From Escherichia coli (GTDB lineage: Bacteria > Pseudomonadota > Gammaproteobacteria > Enterobacterales > Enterobacteriaceae), in assembly GCF_041248615.1 (NCBI RefSeq), contig NZ_CP158425.1: a DNA stretch of 64,000 nucleotides. One strand, given 5' to 3'. Both the position numbers and the translations under genes were made by a program. The number at the start of each line of letters is the position of its first letter. Position 1 is the stretch's first letter. The notes beneath the pieces are model-generated. The model was not told the origin of the DNA. It saw only the letters and a list, made by a program, of their open reading frames with translations, and made no database searches. Below, piece by piece: positions 38,270 to 48,187 of this stretch.

Positions 38270-38284
38270 GAAAAGTTACTTTTT
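38270..38284. promoter_or_regulatory. Palindromic operator-like site, copy 9 (upstream of paralog A)
   Basis: GAAAAGTTACTTTTT followed by GATAG, as in copy 12. Confidence 0.5.
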
Positions 38285-38539
38285 GATAGGGTTAAAATTA
38301 GGTTTTCCCAATTTCCAGAAGCAAGCGAAAGCAGAACTAGCTTAATAGCCATTAAAAACGCCATGCCTATTGATAAATAAAGCTCATTACATTTAATGAT
38401 TAGAGCATTTAAAACTGAATTAGCGAAAGAATTTCGGTTAGCTTTTTATTGCATGAGTGAAACAGTATTAATAATCCGGAGCCATCAGAACGTACTCTAA
38501 AGACTCCGGTATACAGATATCTTGCCAGTAAAAATGGCC

Positions 38540-38791
38540 TTACTCCTCATCATCCCCCAGCGCTTTTTTGATGGCGCGGCGGCGGGCTGCATCACCTACA
38601 CGATATCCGACTGAATATACGTCATTCAACCGGCGCAGAATAAGATTTATTTCCTCATCCTGAATGTAGGCAGGTAAACACAGAACTACGTCGCCATCTT
38701 CATCATAGACTCGAACAACTTCCTTCTGCCCATCTCGCTCGCGAATAATCTGGACATGCTGAACCCTGGTGTAATCTGGGATTACGCTCAT
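38540..38791 (-). CDS. Small hypothetical protein
   Basis: 83-aa ORF, co-directional. Confidence 0.5.
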   Translation of the reverse strand: MSVIPDYTRVQHVQIIRERDGQKEVVRVYDEDGDVVLCLPAYIQDEEINLILRRLNDVYSVGYRVGDAARRRAIKKALGDDEE

Positions 38792-38823
38792 TTTAAATAT
38801 CTCTCTTTAATTGTTGTTACCAG

Positions 38824-39027
38824 TTAGCTATAAGCCGGTTTATTCAGGTACTCAGTGTTCTGCACAGCAATCGCCTGTTCGTGGATCATTAACACTGCTG
38901 GGCGGGCTTTAAGGCGCTTGCTGGTGAGAAAACGCTTCACTTCTTTAAGTTCGCTGCCAGCCGACAGCATATTGAAGACATGCTGTTTGAGACTGTTGTT
39001 ATTTTTGGCCACTTGTTTCTCCATCAT
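38824..39027 (-). CDS. Small hypothetical protein
   Basis: The start ATG at 39027/39024 overlaps the end of the upstream gene. No strong RBS. Confidence 0.35.
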   Translation of the reverse strand: MMEKQVAKNNNSLKQHVFNMLSAGSELKEVKRFLTSKRLKARPAVLMIHEQAIAVQNTEYLNKPAYS

Positions 39028-39256
39028 CTTTGTACATGGTTGTGTCGGGCTGGCCTGCCAGATCACACACGTTATCCATATGCTTTTGGACCCAGTCTGT
39101 TAGACCCAGGCCTTCGGCCTTTGCCTGATTGACGTAACGCAGTTTCCGATCAGGGGTAACCCGCATCTGTAGTTGTGCCGTCGCTGGAACCGCCTCTTTC
39201 AGGGCGTTAAGGCCCCTCTGATCACGGGCCTGATTTGATGGTTTACCGTTTGGCAT
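38999..39256 (-). CDS. Probable ribbon-helix-helix DNA-binding protein (paralog of 13145-13501)
   Basis: See the alignment given under 13145-13501. Confidence 0.5.
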   Translation of the reverse strand: MPNGKPSNQARDQRGLNALKEAVPATAQLQMRVTPDRKLRYVNQAKAEGLGLTDWVQKHMDNVCDLAGQPDTTMYKDDGETSGQK

Positions 39257-39680
39257 CTGAGGTATCGCTCTCCCGGCGAGCGGTGGACGACTCTAATTCT
39301 TTTGCGATTGCTTTATCTACGGCATCCAGCTGCATAGCAAACTTGATTTCAAGCGAACAGCGTAATGCCTTCAGGGCGCGTTCTTTGGTGCTGTATTGTG
39401 GTATGCCGTTCTGGCTACCATTCATGCCTCGCATGCGGCGGGAGGTTGCATCGACAACCTCTCCCTCTTCCCGTGTGCCGTGAACCGTAGTTCCGCTCCA
39501 TGTCGGATAAACAGTGCCAGTGGCGGTGTTGAAGCTCCAGCCGTTTTGGTATTCCCCCGAGACCTCTGGTACGGGCATATCGCGTTCAACGCTATAGTCA
39601 GACCAGCGTAAAGCGCGGTTTATTCTGGCCTGTGCCACCAGCTCATCATAGGCGGCTTGTTCTTTTTTATTCATCGCCAT
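39243..39680 (-). CDS. Hypothetical protein
   Basis: AAGGAG upstream; 145 aa. Confidence 0.5.
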   Translation of the reverse strand: MAMNKKEQAAYDELVAQARINRALRWSDYSVERDMPVPEVSGEYQNGWSFNTATGTVYPTWSGTTVHGTREEGEVVDATSRRMRGMNGSQNGIPQYSTKERALKALRCSLEIKFAMQLDAVDKAIAKELESSTARRESDTSDAKR

Positions 39681-39783
39681 TTAGGGCAATCTCCTTAAAG
39701 GGGAATTAGGTGTTATATCGGTACGTAAGTGCTTTTCAGGCCTAATCTCTGACAAGGCCTGATGTGCCAGACTGCCGTTGCAT

Positions 39784-40308
39784 TCACCGTTTTATGGCGG
39801 TTGACTGAGCCTCATTAAGAGCCGCAATTAGTTCAGGCGAAGTCGGCTCCAGATTTTTGGAAGCGTTCAGCAGCTCCTTAAGTGAAGAGATTTCCTTTGG
39901 CTCTACCTGGTTTGCTTCAGGAGCCGTTTTTTGAACTTCATCCAGAGTACGCTGTGCACCGTTATCCAGCACCAGCACACCCCCAGCACGAATTTCTGAA
40001 ATGGTGCGCACCGTATACATCATTTTATCCCAGACACGGCTACCAACCTCGATCCCGGAATCAGCTACTTTTTTTTCATTATGCTTTTGAAAAATTTCTT
40101 CTAACCATGTGGTGAAGCGCTTTCCAAAAGTATTGGCGGCTAAAGAAGTGCAGGAATAAACCTGTTCGACCTGTTTTGTTCCATTTTTATCAGTGAATGT
40201 AATGAGACCGATTCGTCCACTGTTAACAGTGTAAAAGCGAGGTTGAAAGCCAGCTTTGAGAAGGTTTTCAATAGCTGAAAAAAAATCTTTTTTGAGCATC
40301 GGTTTCAA
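39784..40308 (-). CDS. Hypothetical protein
   Basis: TTG start with AAGGA 8 nt upstream (alternative ATG at 40299); 174 aa. Confidence 0.45.
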   Translation of the reverse strand: MKPMLKKDFFSAIENLLKAGFQPRFYTVNSGRIGLITFTDKNGTKQVEQVYSCTSLAANTFGKRFTTWLEEIFQKHNEKKVADSGIEVGSRVWDKMMYTVRTISEIRAGGVLVLDNGAQRTLDEVQKTAPEANQVEPKEISSLKELLNASKNLEPTSPELIAALNEAQSTAIKR

Positions 40309-40566
40309 GATGGTTTTCCTTTTATGCCCGGTGCCGCCGGGACGGTGGCATTAAATATACGCCATGTAAGTAAATTAATTTTTACCCATTTGATTGTCAA
40401 TACAAACAAAAAATAAACCATGTTTATTATTTTACCAGCGATGCTATTTTAAAGTCCGTCTAAAATAAAAAACCAAAAAGTTAAATTTGAAGCCATCCTT
40501 CCTAAATTCATTTCTTGCGCATATTAGCCCCTGCTTTAAGTATATAATTTTTGAAAAAGTTGTCTG

Positions 40567-40579
40567 GAGGTTATTAGCT
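40567..40579 (+). promoter_or_regulatory. Conserved promoter-like motif (GGAGGTTATTAGC), rightward copy
   Basis: About 50 nt upstream of the ATG at 40629. TTTGAA lies 16 nt upstream of TATTAG. Confidence 0.45.
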
Positions 40580-40628
40580 CGTGCATCTGGATTGTTAATA
40601 TAAAGCCAACACAGAAAAGGAAAACAAA

Positions 40629-41393
40629 ATGTATAAATTAGTATCTCCTCGTGAACTGACTGAGATTATTACCGGTTTACTGCTTAAACCTGAACTCCTT
40701 GGTGAGCTGGACTCACCAGAAAAGCATCGGATGTTTATGGCAGATTTAGGCCGGGTGGTGGCAGAACATTGTGGAGGTCTGGTAAACAGCGTCGTCTTGC
40801 CAGGAGCTGAAGTTACAGTGCCGGATGGGTTACCGCTTAACGGCCAGCCAGTACGTTATCTCGGAATCAAAGAGAGCATCCCTCACCTCCTTGTAGAGCC
40901 TGATGCTTCCTTACCTTCGCTCGCTAAAAACGTCTGGATGTATGCAGATCCTGAAGGCTGGAAAGAACATTTTGGAGCTGAGGAAGACTGCCTTACTCAT
41001 GAAATGATGCAGCTGTTCCGTAAAGGTATCCAGGCTCTTCAGAAGGAGCATGATACCCCTGAAATTAGCCTCACACTTCAGGACTGGCGCCTGGAGGAGG
41101 AAACACTGAGAGAAGAGGACAGTCAGGCCTATCAGGTCAGCGTTACCGGCCAACATAACATCCACTGTGAAGTTGTTAACAAGGAAGGTAACCCCTGTTT
41201 TGGTGTCATGTTCGAAATCGATCAGGGTGTGCCTGCCTTACACATCAACACCGGCGGGGATATGTTGCTCCACATTCATTGCGCCCATAACGGACTCGTT
41301 CTGACCCCTGATGCAAGCGGTCAGCGATTTGAGAAGGCTCCCGTTGACCGCTTCGCTTATAACAGCCCATCCCTGCTGTTGTCTGCCGACTAA
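40629..41393 (+). CDS. Hypothetical protein
   Basis: AAGGAAA RBS. The promoter motif (plus orientation) lies at 40567-40579. Confidence 0.55.
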   Translation: MYKLVSPRELTEIITGLLLKPELLGELDSPEKHRMFMADLGRVVAEHCGGLVNSVVLPGAEVTVPDGLPLNGQPVRYLGIKESIPHLLVEPDASLPSLAKNVWMYADPEGWKEHFGAEEDCLTHEMMQLFRKGIQALQKEHDTPEISLTLQDWRLEEETLREEDSQAYQVSVTGQHNIHCEVVNKEGNPCFGVMFEIDQGVPALHINTGGDMLLHIHCAHNGLVLTPDASGQRFEKAPVDRFAYNSPSLLLSAD

Positions 41394-41473
41394 CCAAGGC
41401 CAAATCTGAATTGTCCTGTTTAAGTAACCAACCCGCTGCCGCCAGGCGGGTAAATCCTCTTAATGGAGTTTTA

Positions 41474-42235
41474 ATGCAAATCTCAACTGAAGTTCTGAAC
41501 GTCTTATCTCGCTGCCGTGCTGAAGGGAACTTTCTTTTCCTGGCCGACCAGCTCGACCGCAGCATTTATGTTAAGACAAACAAAGTGCTGGAAGCTGCCG
41601 GTGGCAAATGGAACCGAAAAGAGCAGGCACATATTTTTACGGCGGATGCAGCTGAGCGTATCGAGCAAATCATTCTGACAGGTTCGGTCGACATCCCACG
41701 TGATTTGTTCAATTTCTTCCCTACCCCTGAGAATTTAGTCACAGATATGGTTCTACGCGCTGAACCAGCTGCCGGGGAACGTGTTCTGGAGCCTGAGTTT
41801 GGTGATGGCCGCATTCTGAAAGCCTTAAAACTGGCGGCTCCGGATGCATTGATTACCGGGATCGAATTGAACGATGAGCGATTCCTTGCAGTGAAGAACG
41901 ATAGTGTCCTTAGCACAGGGGCCGAGCTGGTGCATACCGACTTTCTTGGGTACCAGCCCGATGAAACTTTTGATGTTATCGTTATGAATCCACCATTCCT
42001 TAAACGCTCTGACGTTAAACATGTCATGCATGCCATCGCAATGCTCGCTAAGCGAGGTCGCTTACAGGCCATTCTGTCAGCTGGGGTATTGTTCCGGGAA
42101 GACACACTGACAAAAGCGCTCAGGGAGCGAGTCAAACAACTTGGCGGACAAATTTCGCCTCTTCCGGATGATACATTTAGGGAGTCCGGAACAAAGGTCA
42201 AAACAGCCCGCCTTGAAATTGATCTTCGCCGCTAA
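41474..42235 (+). CDS. N6-adenine-type DNA methyltransferase (NPPF motif), orphan
   Basis: Motif I VLEPEFGDGRIL and motif IV FDVIVMNPPF. ATG at 41474 is preceded by TGGAG. Paralogous to the C-terminal half of the IS-disrupted gene at 54842-55913. Confidence 0.7.
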   Translation: MQISTEVLNVLSRCRAEGNFLFLADQLDRSIYVKTNKVLEAAGGKWNRKEQAHIFTADAAERIEQIILTGSVDIPRDLFNFFPTPENLVTDMVLRAEPAAGERVLEPEFGDGRILKALKLAAPDALITGIELNDERFLAVKNDSVLSTGAELVHTDFLGYQPDETFDVIVMNPPFLKRSDVKHVMHAIAMLAKRGRLQAILSAGVLFREDTLTKALRERVKQLGGQISPLPDDTFRESGTKVKTARLEIDLRR

Positions 42236-42328
42236 CTGACAAGCAACCGGAAAGAAATCTTAATACGAGTAGCCGGTTAAAGTTACCTGACCGGCTTAAC
42301 TGACTAAATCAATAAAGAGTGAACAGAA

Positions 42329-42592
42329 ATGACGCATACTGCCGTTTCTCAGGCTAATAGTGCTTTGCAGCTACCCACGCTGGAGCATGTCTACGCACTT
42401 CTGAAAGCAAATTGTAAACCTGACCGCTTTGACGGGCGTGACGGACCCGTGTGGGGCCAGGAATACTCGTGGAATCTGGCAAAAGATCGCTTACAGGATC
42501 TGGAGAAATACGGTAAGGCATATGTCTCCCGTCATGAAGACCGTATGGGGGAAGGATTTAGTTTTGGTCCTGACCTGTTAATTATTCGCTAA
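42329..42592 (+). CDS. Small hypothetical protein
   Basis: 87-aa ORF, co-directional. Confidence 0.45.
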   Translation: MTHTAVSQANSALQLPTLEHVYALLKANCKPDRFDGRDGPVWGQEYSWNLAKDRLQDLEKYGKAYVSRHEDRMGEGFSFGPDLLIIR

Positions 42593-42612
42593 CGCTCTTA
42601 AGGCCTGATGAT

Positions 42613-43224
42613 ATGGTAAGCACAACTGGAAAAAATATGTTTTCAAAGCCTATGACCACTTTCACACCAGAACGTATTGAACAAATTTTGGAATTTTCCG
42701 AGGGTAGTAACCCAAGCGAAGCAATGAGTCTTAGAGCTGACGAAGTTGCTGTACTGGCACGTATTGGAAAGGCAGTTATGTCGATTGCGCCTGTTTATCA
42801 GTGCGAGTTTTGCCACCATGACGCAACCGGGCAACTTCAGTGGCACTGGGAAGATGTGAACAAAGCTTTTTATGATAAATACGATCCAGACAGACGCGGA
42901 AGACGTCGAATCCTCTATACCGCCCCGCCGATGCCTTTAGTTTCGGCTGACCTGCTTAACATGGCTTCATCTGCTATTGAAGACTTGCTCACTAACAAAG
43001 ACAGAAGTGGTGCGGGAATGTGGAATGACATTCCAGAACAGCTACGACGCGCAGCAGAACTGGTAATGGATAATAGCCGGGCCGCTGAAATAGAAGCGAT
43101 GCTGATGCGTCTTTATGTAGAATGTGACACCGGTGAGCGCAGAGGCAACGGCAGTCAATCTGGCGTAGCAATGCCTTCGTGGCAAACCGTTGAAGAGGCA
43201 CGTGTGTTGCTGGGGGTGAAATGA
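42613..43224 (+). CDS. Hypothetical protein
   Basis: 203-aa ORF, co-directional. Confidence 0.45.
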   Translation: MVSTTGKNMFSKPMTTFTPERIEQILEFSEGSNPSEAMSLRADEVAVLARIGKAVMSIAPVYQCEFCHHDATGQLQWHWEDVNKAFYDKYDPDRRGRRRILYTAPPMPLVSADLLNMASSAIEDLLTNKDRSGAGMWNDIPEQLRRAAELVMDNSRAAEIEAMLMRLYVECDTGERRGNGSQSGVAMPSWQTVEEARVLLGVK

Positions 43225-43688
43225 TGCAGTTCTCGCCAGGGCAGTTTGTAATTCACAACAAGAAGCGCCTTGCGGAACGAAGGTAGACGTACTGACTGAG
43301 GTTCACTCCCCTCTCGACTGGTGGCGTAATACCGCCAGGTTTTGATTCATATATGCCGTCCGTTAACGCATTTATATCTGTCATACCTAATTTATCCTGA
43401 TTCTTTTTTACACAAAGTAAAAGCATCACTTAATGCGATATGTGGATGCCGATAGTTTCAGGCTAATGTTATAAGTTTTGCAATCGTTGCCAGTTTGGAT
43501 ACCACAGCAATGTCAGATGTAATTCCAAAAAGAAAGATTTACGTCCTGAACGCACAATAAGGTTTGTCGAAAGGCAAATTATAGATTTGTAATTTCGAGC
43601 ACCATATGGAGAAGTTTTTTATACTTTTACGAACATAGTGACCTTTAGGAAAAGCTTAAAATAACACCAAACCTAAAGGGGAATAAGA

Positions 43689-46109
43689 ATGAAACATCTC
43701 GCTTTTATTACTGCTGTAGCCGGACTCGGTATGTCTGTTCAGGCCCCAGCTCAGATATATGAATCGGCCTTTAAGGACACGAACGGTATTGAGATCCACG
43801 CCCCGTCTTCTCGTCTTATGCTTAATCCGGCATCACCGGTAACTTTGACACTTATTTCAGGTCTTGATCGTTTCGTTAATGTCAAAGTCACGAAAGACAC
43901 TGGAACTGTCATTCTTAATACTACGACTACACGGACGGGTGTATCAGACCGACTAACAGCTGCTGACGGTAGTGAGTTCTACGGCAAAAAAGTAACTTTG
44001 CCTGCTTTGGGTGAAGGCAAATTTGTCGTTCAGATAAACGTGTTAGATCTCAATCAGAAGCCTGTAGCGACCTATAACTATAACTGGCTAATTGATGTCA
44101 CCCCTCCAGCGGCAAATGCTCTTACCGCTAATACTGGTTCTGGCTCTACCGCTGGTGACGTGTGGAAGCTTGGATTAGAGGCAACGGGGCAGTATGACTT
44201 CACCTCTTCGGGCGTAAGTGATGCAAATGGTATTGATAAGGGCCTAATATATATTTACAGGCAGGACGGTAGCCTCTACAGCACTACACAGATGCAGTAT
44301 GACGTATCCGGCCAAAAGATGTACCACACTTACTCTAAGAATTCAGTTAAGGGAACCGGAATACCAGACAGCAACCTGGATGAAGACTTTACTGCAAAAG
44401 TTGTTATCTTCGATAACGCAGGTAATAGCCGAACGCTGCCAACTCAAAAATTTCGCTACGACAACACGCTGGGTGAGATGACACTGTGGGCCGTTCATGA
44501 TCCAAATACGTCTTCCAGCGTCGTACCCGGGGTTTCTAATTATCCGGCTTACAAAGCCGGTATGGTCGTTAACGAAAACCCTATTCGATTAGTCTACCGG
44601 ATCCCAAAATCTAACTACCGTGCTTATTCAGAAGGTGGGCTTCAGTTCATCAATCAATATTCCGCCCCCAAAGAGATAGCTGTAGACAGCACTTATGCTT
44701 ATGTTGAAATGACTCTTCCCTATGGCTCAATTAATGGGGATATGGCTCGTATGGCGAACTTTGGCCAGTGGGGAGGGTATTATCCGTCATACAGCCTCGT
44801 TCTAAACCCATCTGCAAACCAAACGCCTGCATTTGCGGGTACCTGGGTAGATTTCCTCGATGATAAGGGGAACTGGGTTAAGTGGAAGGATTTTGAGAGT
44901 GTGGCTTCATCACGACTGCCAATTAAAATTTCCCGACTTCGTTTTAACGTTGAAGCCCGGCCCTTTGCACAGGAGATCGGCGGTAAGGCGACCTGCACCA
45001 TTCCGGCAGGAAAAACCTCGTGTGAAGCGCCTGAGACGTTTGATATGGCCTTGGGTACCCAGGGCTACAATAGAATCCTTTACTTCGTTCGCAGCATCAG
45101 CAATCCCATTTTGCGGTCTGAGCAATGGATTATGACACGCTGGAACAATAAACAACTGCCGGTAATAAACTCGATATCATATGACGAGACTAACAAGCAG
45201 CTGGATGTACTGGCGTCACTTGAAGGCGATGGTAACTGGTTCGACTCGGTCTCATTGAGGGAATTTTATCTTTCCGATAAGAACACCGGTACCCGGATGT
45301 CACCAACAGGCGTAATCAAATCTCGTATCTCAGGTAACTACACGATTGCTTATGATTTATCCCGTCAGTCTGAAGGAAAATACAACGTTGAGGTCAACAT
45401 CAGGGACTTCTTCCAGAACCAGACCAATAAAACTTTCGGAGAAATTGCTCTGGATAACACTCCTCCGACAGTGGCCATAACATTCGACGGAAAGCCGGTA
45501 AAAGACGATACGGTAGTGTACGGCCTGGAGAACCTCAGGATCGCTCTGGCAGATAATCTGACAACCCCGAGGATAACCCGTCTTCAGCTCGTAGGTGGCC
45601 CCACAGCTGATAACGTTGAGCTTACGTGGTCACCGGCAGGCAAAGATACATACATGCCTGAGTATCCGAGGCTGTTCCCAAATTTCGAACCATCTGAAAA
45701 TTATTCAATTAGCGTAACAGTTGCCGATAGTCAGTCGAATACCAAAACCTATACTCAGAAGTTCAGTTATCTACCGAATAACCTTGTGCAGTTACATAAT
45801 CTACGCACATTGTCGGTCAGTTCACCTCTCAAAACGACAGATGGCGTACCACTTGCGTACCTGTCCACTAACGTTCTGCGTAAGACAAATGGAGAAATTG
45901 CTAAAGGGGTCCAGAACGCAACGCTGACTGTGCGGAAGGATGCAGCCTTCGGTATTAAATTTAATGGGGCACAGGCGGCTCCAGGCGAGTCAGTTGAGGT
46001 GCAAATAGATATGGGCCAGGGGGATAATCTTCTGTTACCCGTTTATCCTTCCGAAAATGGGAAAGTTGGCACCTCAGAATTCATGATTCAGATCGACGAG
46101 TTGAAGTAA
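43689..46109 (+). CDS. Secreted large beta-rich (Ig-like repeat?) protein, paralog B
   Basis: AGGGGA RBS. Signal peptide MKHLAFITAVAGLGMSVQAPA. Long collinear similarity to 50384-52840, for example RFNVEARPFAQEIGGKATCTIPAGKTSC against RFNVQARPYDQKITGGATCSIPAGSTTC. Confidence 0.7.
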   Translation: MKHLAFITAVAGLGMSVQAPAQIYESAFKDTNGIEIHAPSSRLMLNPASPVTLTLISGLDRFVNVKVTKDTGTVILNTTTTRTGVSDRLTAADGSEFYGKKVTLPALGEGKFVVQINVLDLNQKPVATYNYNWLIDVTPPAANALTANTGSGSTAGDVWKLGLEATGQYDFTSSGVSDANGIDKGLIYIYRQDGSLYSTTQMQYDVSGQKMYHTYSKNSVKGTGIPDSNLDEDFTAKVVIFDNAGNSRTLPTQKFRYDNTLGEMTLWAVHDPNTSSSVVPGVSNYPAYKAGMVVNENPIRLVYRIPKSNYRAYSEGGLQFINQYSAPKEIAVDSTYAYVEMTLPYGSINGDMARMANFGQWGGYYPSYSLVLNPSANQTPAFAGTWVDFLDDKGNWVKWKDFESVASSRLPIKISRLRFNVEARPFAQEIGGKATCTIPAGKTSCEAPETFDMALGTQGYNRILYFVRSISNPILRSEQWIMTRWNNKQLPVINSISYDETNKQLDVLASLEGDGNWFDSVSLREFYLSDKNTGTRMSPTGVIKSRISGNYTIAYDLSRQSEGKYNVEVNIRDFFQNQTNKTFGEIALDNTPPTVAITFDGKPVKDDTVVYGLENLRIALADNLTTPRITRLQLVGGPTADNVELTWSPAGKDTYMPEYPRLFPNFEPSENYSISVTVADSQSNTKTYTQKFSYLPNNLVQLHNLRTLSVSSPLKTTDGVPLAYLSTNVLRKTNGEIAKGVQNATLTVRKDAAFGIKFNGAQAAPGESVEVQIDMGQGDNLLLPVYPSENGKVGTSEFMIQIDELK

Positions 46110-46117
46110 CTACCCGG

Positions 46118-46149
46118 AGCCGACAGTAAAACTGACGGCTTCAATTTTA
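46118..46149 (+). terminator. Probable terminator after paralog B
   Basis: AGCCGACAG (46118-46126) pairs with CTGACGGCT (46132-46140) with one A-A mismatch, followed by TCAATTTTA. Confidence 0.4.
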
Positions 46150-46210
46150 CTGCCCTCCTCGACTCCGATCAGCCAGTACGTCTTCAGAGATTCGCAAGGA
46201 AGAACCGAAA

Positions 46211-46225
46211 GAAAAGTTACTTTAA
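46211..46225. promoter_or_regulatory. Palindromic operator-like site, copy 10 (at the edge of the iteron array)
   Basis: GAAAAGTTACTTTAA. Confidence 0.45.
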
Positions 46226-46276
46226 TCGTACGTTTCCAGCGATGCTTTCAAAAGACAATGCATACTCGTTGATTAC

Positions 46277-48112
46277 GACAATGGGAGTGAGTGTCGAACC
46301 CCTTGAGTAAGGATACTTGGTAAATATACAGCCCCGGGGATTCTCTTCCTTCAACCGGGGATGACAACGGGAGTGAGTCCGGCAACTCACACCTGTTGTC
46401 ACTTCTCTGACATATCGTCATACGAGCTTACTCAAGCGCATCCACAAAGATGGGATCGTTTTGAATCTAAACTGGTACTGGTTAGCCAGTCACTTGCATC
46501 TACTCCCCCGTCGATATTTAAGTGACAATTGTAGTGATCTGCAATACTGGTGTCTCAGAAACACTGACGACGGTAGAGACTCAATACCCTAACCCCTGAC
46601 AACAGAAGTGAGCTTAGAGGTGTTACGCTGCTGTCACCTAATGCTTGGGAATTGCCTGACTCACAACCATTGTCATCCGGAGCTACTGATTAACGTTGAA
46701 CCGCTGGACTTTAATGACAGTGGTAGTGATGGATAGGCTCATTTCCATTGTCGTCATTTTATCGGACAAGCCTCTTCGTCCTACAGGTTTAAGCTGACAA
46801 TGGTAGTGATTGGATGATCTCACTACTGTTGTCACTCAGTTCTTTGAGCGGACCCTTCCCTCGGTTGGTCGGCATTAACAACGGTAGTGACTCGATTGGC
46901 TCACTGCCATTGTCATCGTGTAAATGACGTACCTTATCAGCTCAGCTGAAAGCAATGACAACGGTAGTGACTCTAATTGCTCACTGCCATTGTCGTCGTG
47001 TCTATTGAGAGCCTTATCAGTGCACCTGAAAAGCAATGACAACGGTAGTGATTCTAATGGCTCACTACCGTTGTCACCGTGTGTATTGAGAGGATGGTCC
47101 ACCTAACTGGACGTATATGACAATGGTAGTGACTTTAATAGCTCACTACCATTGTCGGTGTGTGAATTGAGAGGATGAGCAGCTCAGCTGTACGTCCATG
47201 ACAATGGTAATGACTTAATGAGCTCACTACCGTTGTCACCCTGTTAATTAAGAGGCTCATCTGCTCTTCTGGAAGGCTATGACAACGGAAGTGACTTGCT
47301 GGGCTCACTGCCATTGTCGCCGTATGAATTGAGAGGATCATCCGCTCTTCTGGATGGCAATGACAACGGTAATGACTTAATAGGCTCACTACCATTGTCA
47401 CCCTGTGAATTGAGAGGATGATCTGCTTAACCAGACGGCCATGACAACGGTAGTGACTTTCTGGGCTCAATACCGTTGTCACCCTGTGAGTTAAGAGGTT
47501 GACCCGCTCTACTGGACGGCCATGACAACGGTAGTCACTTTCTGGGCTCACTACCGTTGTCACCCTGTGAGTTAAGAGGTTGACCCGCTCTACTGGACGG
47601 CCATGACAACGGTAGTCACTTTCTGGGCTCACTACCGTTGTCGCCATATAGAATGAGAGGAGCATCAGCTCAACTGAACGGCAATGACTACAGTAATGAG
47701 CTGGATGAAGCATAACCATTGACATCTGGCCCAACCGGAAGCCGTATTCGCCAATCCAATCGAGATTCACAATGGCCGTGACTCGCCGCATTAAGTTCCG
47801 GTGTCCTCCCAAAGCTGAACGCACACTCGGAGGACAATGACAATGCCAGTAAGGTACACATCATTACCATTGTCACTATAGCTACCAGAGAAGCCGGGAT
47901 TTGAATGTCGATGGTAGTGAGTGGGTCAACTCACTGCCATTGTCACCCCGTTACGATATTTTCCGTTGGATGTACTGGCCAATGAAGTAAAGCGTAGAAA
48001 CCGGGTGTTAACAGGTGACTCAGGAGAAAGCGTTGAATTTCGCAATCTCGATCTACATAGGGTGGTAGAGAACAATGACAACGGTAATGACTTTTGACTC
48101 ATTACCGTTGAC
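46277..48112. repeat. Array of about 20 inverted iteron pairs (RepA-site palindromes) downstream of repA
   Basis: Each unit is GACAAYGGTAGTGA, 8-10 nt, then TCACTRCCRTTGTC. The arm sequence equals the direct iterons at 49496-49593 and 49919-50017. Confidence 0.85.
46796..47685. repeat. Core of the array: 11 tandem units of 80-81 bp
   Basis: Left arms start at 46796, 46877, 46957, 47038, 47119, 47200, 47281, 47362, 47443, 47524 and 47605. The spacers between pairs are also conserved. Confidence 0.9.
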
Positions 48113-48187
48113 GTGAAAGAGCGGGCTGGGACTAACGAAAATCGAAGAAGTAATTTAGCACCCGGAGCCTAAACCGCCGGGTTAACT

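Noticed and set aside
41566-42201. 211-aa minus-strand ORF, plus similar long antisense ORFs (9192-9755, 30782-31498, 8833-9225, 4502-4822, 15413-15826)
   Set aside because: All lie antisense to ORFs that have recognisable motifs or RBSs (NPPF methylase, ParB-like and others). They lack RBSs and have Arg/Ser/Pro-rich composition typical of antisense frames.
46796-47685. Possible CRISPR array (regularly spaced repeats)
   Set aside because: The 'spacers' are themselves conserved between units. Each repeat is an inverted pair whose arms match the repA origin iterons. No cas genes or leader are present.
47135-47824. 229-aa ORF with internally repeated peptide segments (..VTTVVSPESDYRCHGRPVERVNLLTHR.. 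repeated)
   Set aside because: It is a translation artefact of the 81-bp tandem iteron-pair array. The repeat period of 27 codons equals the DNA repeat. There is no RBS, and other frames and strands give similar pseudo-ORFs (46875-47102, 46924-47106).
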